DNA from: Balanoglossus misakiensis
Taxonomy: Eukaryota; Animalia; Hemichordata
NCBI GenBank assembly: GCA_040954595.2
Contig: CM082587.2
Location: 837,622-901,621, forward strand
Direction: 5' to 3'
Length of the DNA: 64,000 bases
Position 1 is the first letter of the stretch. Each line of letters begins with the position of its first letter. A program made the position numbers and the translations under genes. A model generated the notes under the pieces. That model worked only from the letters and a program-made list of their open reading frames with translations. It made no database searches and had not been told where the DNA came from. Below are positions 62,601 to 64,000 of this stretch, one piece after another.

Positions 62601-63972
62601 GTGTAAGTAGCCAATGCACATATTCTATTTATAGTGATACGGATGTCTAGCGAGTGGCGGCACTCGGCTGACTCATGCTAGAGCGGGATCACCTTTGCCA
62701 TTTTTGGATCCACAGTGACGGACACTACACGATGAAAATTTATACCAGACCCAGCGTGGCCTATCAAGTGACGCTGTTTATTGTTATACAGATATATAAC
62801 TTTTCATTGTCTCAACCCCTGATGAGAATTTTATGGGGTTATTAATATTAAATGGTGTATGAGTGCTATTGGTTTCAAGTGCAAGTATTAGAATACTGCC
62901 TCTATGCCCTGAAATGACTAATTGCCAAGATCCTGACTATCTAGTGCAAACGGAAAACAAGATTTTGTTTCATGTTTCATGTTTCATCATCTATGCATCT
63001 GCATTACTACATTATAAATCTGTCCCCATCTGCATCGACACATTGAAAGTCTGTCTGCACCTTCATTGAAAGATCTGTTCATCTGCATTTACAACAACAT
63101 TGAATTTTTAAGTCTGTGCACCTGCATTAAAAGTATTTTCATCTGCCTTTACAAATGTTATCTGTGCATGTGCATTTGTAAGTGTATAGTATGCTTTTTA
63201 AAGTCAAAACTCCTAGGCTCCAAGTGATTCTGTAGTAGAGGTCAATTGTCCTTCAACTATAGCAAGGGCACTGTGATTTTGATGAGACCTTGACTTGGCT
63301 AAGTAAGTCTCAAACGTGATATGGATTCTGCAGACCCCTCAACCCATTCACATTTATAACTCCATTGGGGTTTGACCCGAATGTGAATGACTAGGCTTGA
63401 ACATAGCCATAAATGTGGAACTTTATCTGAGAGGTATTAAAGTGGCGATAAAGTGAACATTTAATTCTCATCTTTTAAAGGTCACTATACTTGTTTTTCG
63501 AATGAAGAACAGCTTGTCATAGGAGGAGCAACATCAATGTAAATTTCACAAACACTGTAAACAACCTGCAAACATCACAACACAAACTGAGCTGCACTCC
63601 ATGGCCATGTGGTTCGTGCCTTGAGGGGGCGCTGTTCATATTTTTTACATCATGAACATAAAATGACCCTTCTGAATGTGCATATTTCAATACCTATGAA
63701 ATGATCTAACAACCTGTGATTCCAGAATATAAACGTAGCATTCTGTGTACCATTTTATATTTCAGATACAGCATGGGACTTATACCAACAAAAAGGAATT
63801 TAGCTTTATGTGAAAAAGTGACAGCATCTGCCTTTTGTAGAAGACGACTGCCAATAGTCATGGTGAAGCATCGGATGGCTCAGAGTTTGAAGTCAGCTAT
63901 CACATTTATTGAACAAGGTCATATCAGAGTTGGACCAGACATCATCACTGATCCAGCATTTCTTGTCACTAG
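44665..63972 (+). CDS. IMP3: U3 small nucleolar ribonucleoprotein IMP3 (S4-domain protein), exons 1-3; gene continues beyond the window
   Basis: Exon 1 44665-44801 [46 protein letters not shown]; exon 2 45184-45291 [36 protein letters not shown]; exon 3 63766-63972 [69 protein letters not shown]. All introns are phase 2 and GT-AG. Confidence 0.96.
45909..47265 (+). mobile_element. Helentron-associated non-autonomous element (HINE/DINE-1-like); two nested or tandem copies sharing one 3' end
   Basis: The 5' head ttgttGGGTCCCATtggtatgYaccATGGGACCttatgggatcg occurs at ~45909 and ~46966 (subTIR plus nearby inverted copy), followed by a (GTAT)n(GGAT)n microsatellite. A ~105-bp block is duplicated at 46289-46393 and 47047-47152. 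The 3' end has subTIR CAATGGGACC (47233-47242), hairpin CGTGTC-ctt-GACGCG and a T-run, matching the known HINE architecture. Confidence 0.75.
47687..48979. promoter_or_regulatory. Cluster of Su(H)/CSL (YGTGRGAA) sites; candidate Notch-responsive enhancer
   Basis: TGTGAGAA 47687-47694, TGTGGGAA 47759-47766, TTCCCACA 47816-47823, TGTGAGAA 48072-48079, TTCTCACA 48972-48979. Confidence 0.5.
49845..49893. repeat. Imperfect (TG)n microsatellite
   Basis: gtgtgtgtgattgtgtgcatgtgtgtgtgtgtacatgtgtgtgtgtgt. Confidence 0.85.
56680..56870. repeat. Degenerate minisatellite, about four units of 45-55 bp
   Basis: Recurring core cccattaatggatttggccaatcacaat, with variants ccaattaatagattaggccaa and cccattacagattttggcc. 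Confidence 0.7.
61090..61504. mobile_element. Degenerate DNA-transposon/MITE remnant
   Basis: Repeated and inverted ggactggt / accagtcc subterminal motifs at 61095-61195 and 61415-61480, ending aatttcgaacactg (CAGTG-type terminus on the minus strand). The matching other terminus was not found. Confidence 0.4.
63015..63185. repeat. Degenerate short tandem repeat
   Basis: Alternating variants of aagtctgtgcacctgcatt and tcatctgcatttaca. Confidence 0.6.
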
Positions 63973-64000
63973 GTAAGATCGTGTTAGTCCTCCTGTCAGT

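Noticed and set aside
47300-63700. Nested protein-coding gene or autonomous transposon in IMP3 intron 2 (e.g. ORFs 51389-51781, 52465-52845, 60025-60462)
   Set aside because: No reverse transcriptase, transposase, Rep/helicase or other domain motifs recognised, and composition resembles translated non-coding DNA. Small exons cannot be excluded without BLASTX or RNA-seq.

Overview
Eukaryotic, AT-rich genomic DNA from an invertebrate animal, most plausibly a non-vertebrate deuterostome such as a hemichordate or echinoderm (inferred from the Notch sequence and repeat types). Left to right it holds: two tandem class-A GPCR paralogs with intronless coding regions (+), separated by a ~2.4 kb composite repeat; a small multi-exon ankyrin-repeat gene (-); a complete Notch gene (-; 29 coding exons reconstructed by hand, 36 EGF repeats, 3 LNR, HD, TM, RAM, ANK, PEST, ~2579 aa, 15 kb intron 2); and, head-to-head with Notch, the first three exons of IMP3 (U3 snoRNP protein; +) with an 18.5 kb intron 2. 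Most ORFs in the supplied track are shadow or spurious. The most notable unexplained signals are: (1) a six-copy three-way-junction motif with covariation, GNRA loops and hammerhead-like topology, carried in tandem by Helitron/HINE-like repeats; (2) a cluster of Su(H)/CSL sites in the IMP3 intron, consistent with a Notch regulatory block in which IMP3 is the bystander gene; (3) candidate recursive splice sites in both long introns; (4) three miR-34 seed matches in the Notch 3' UTR; (5) a probable gene-conversion tract between the GPCR paralogs. All coordinates were read by eye and no database search or folding program was run.
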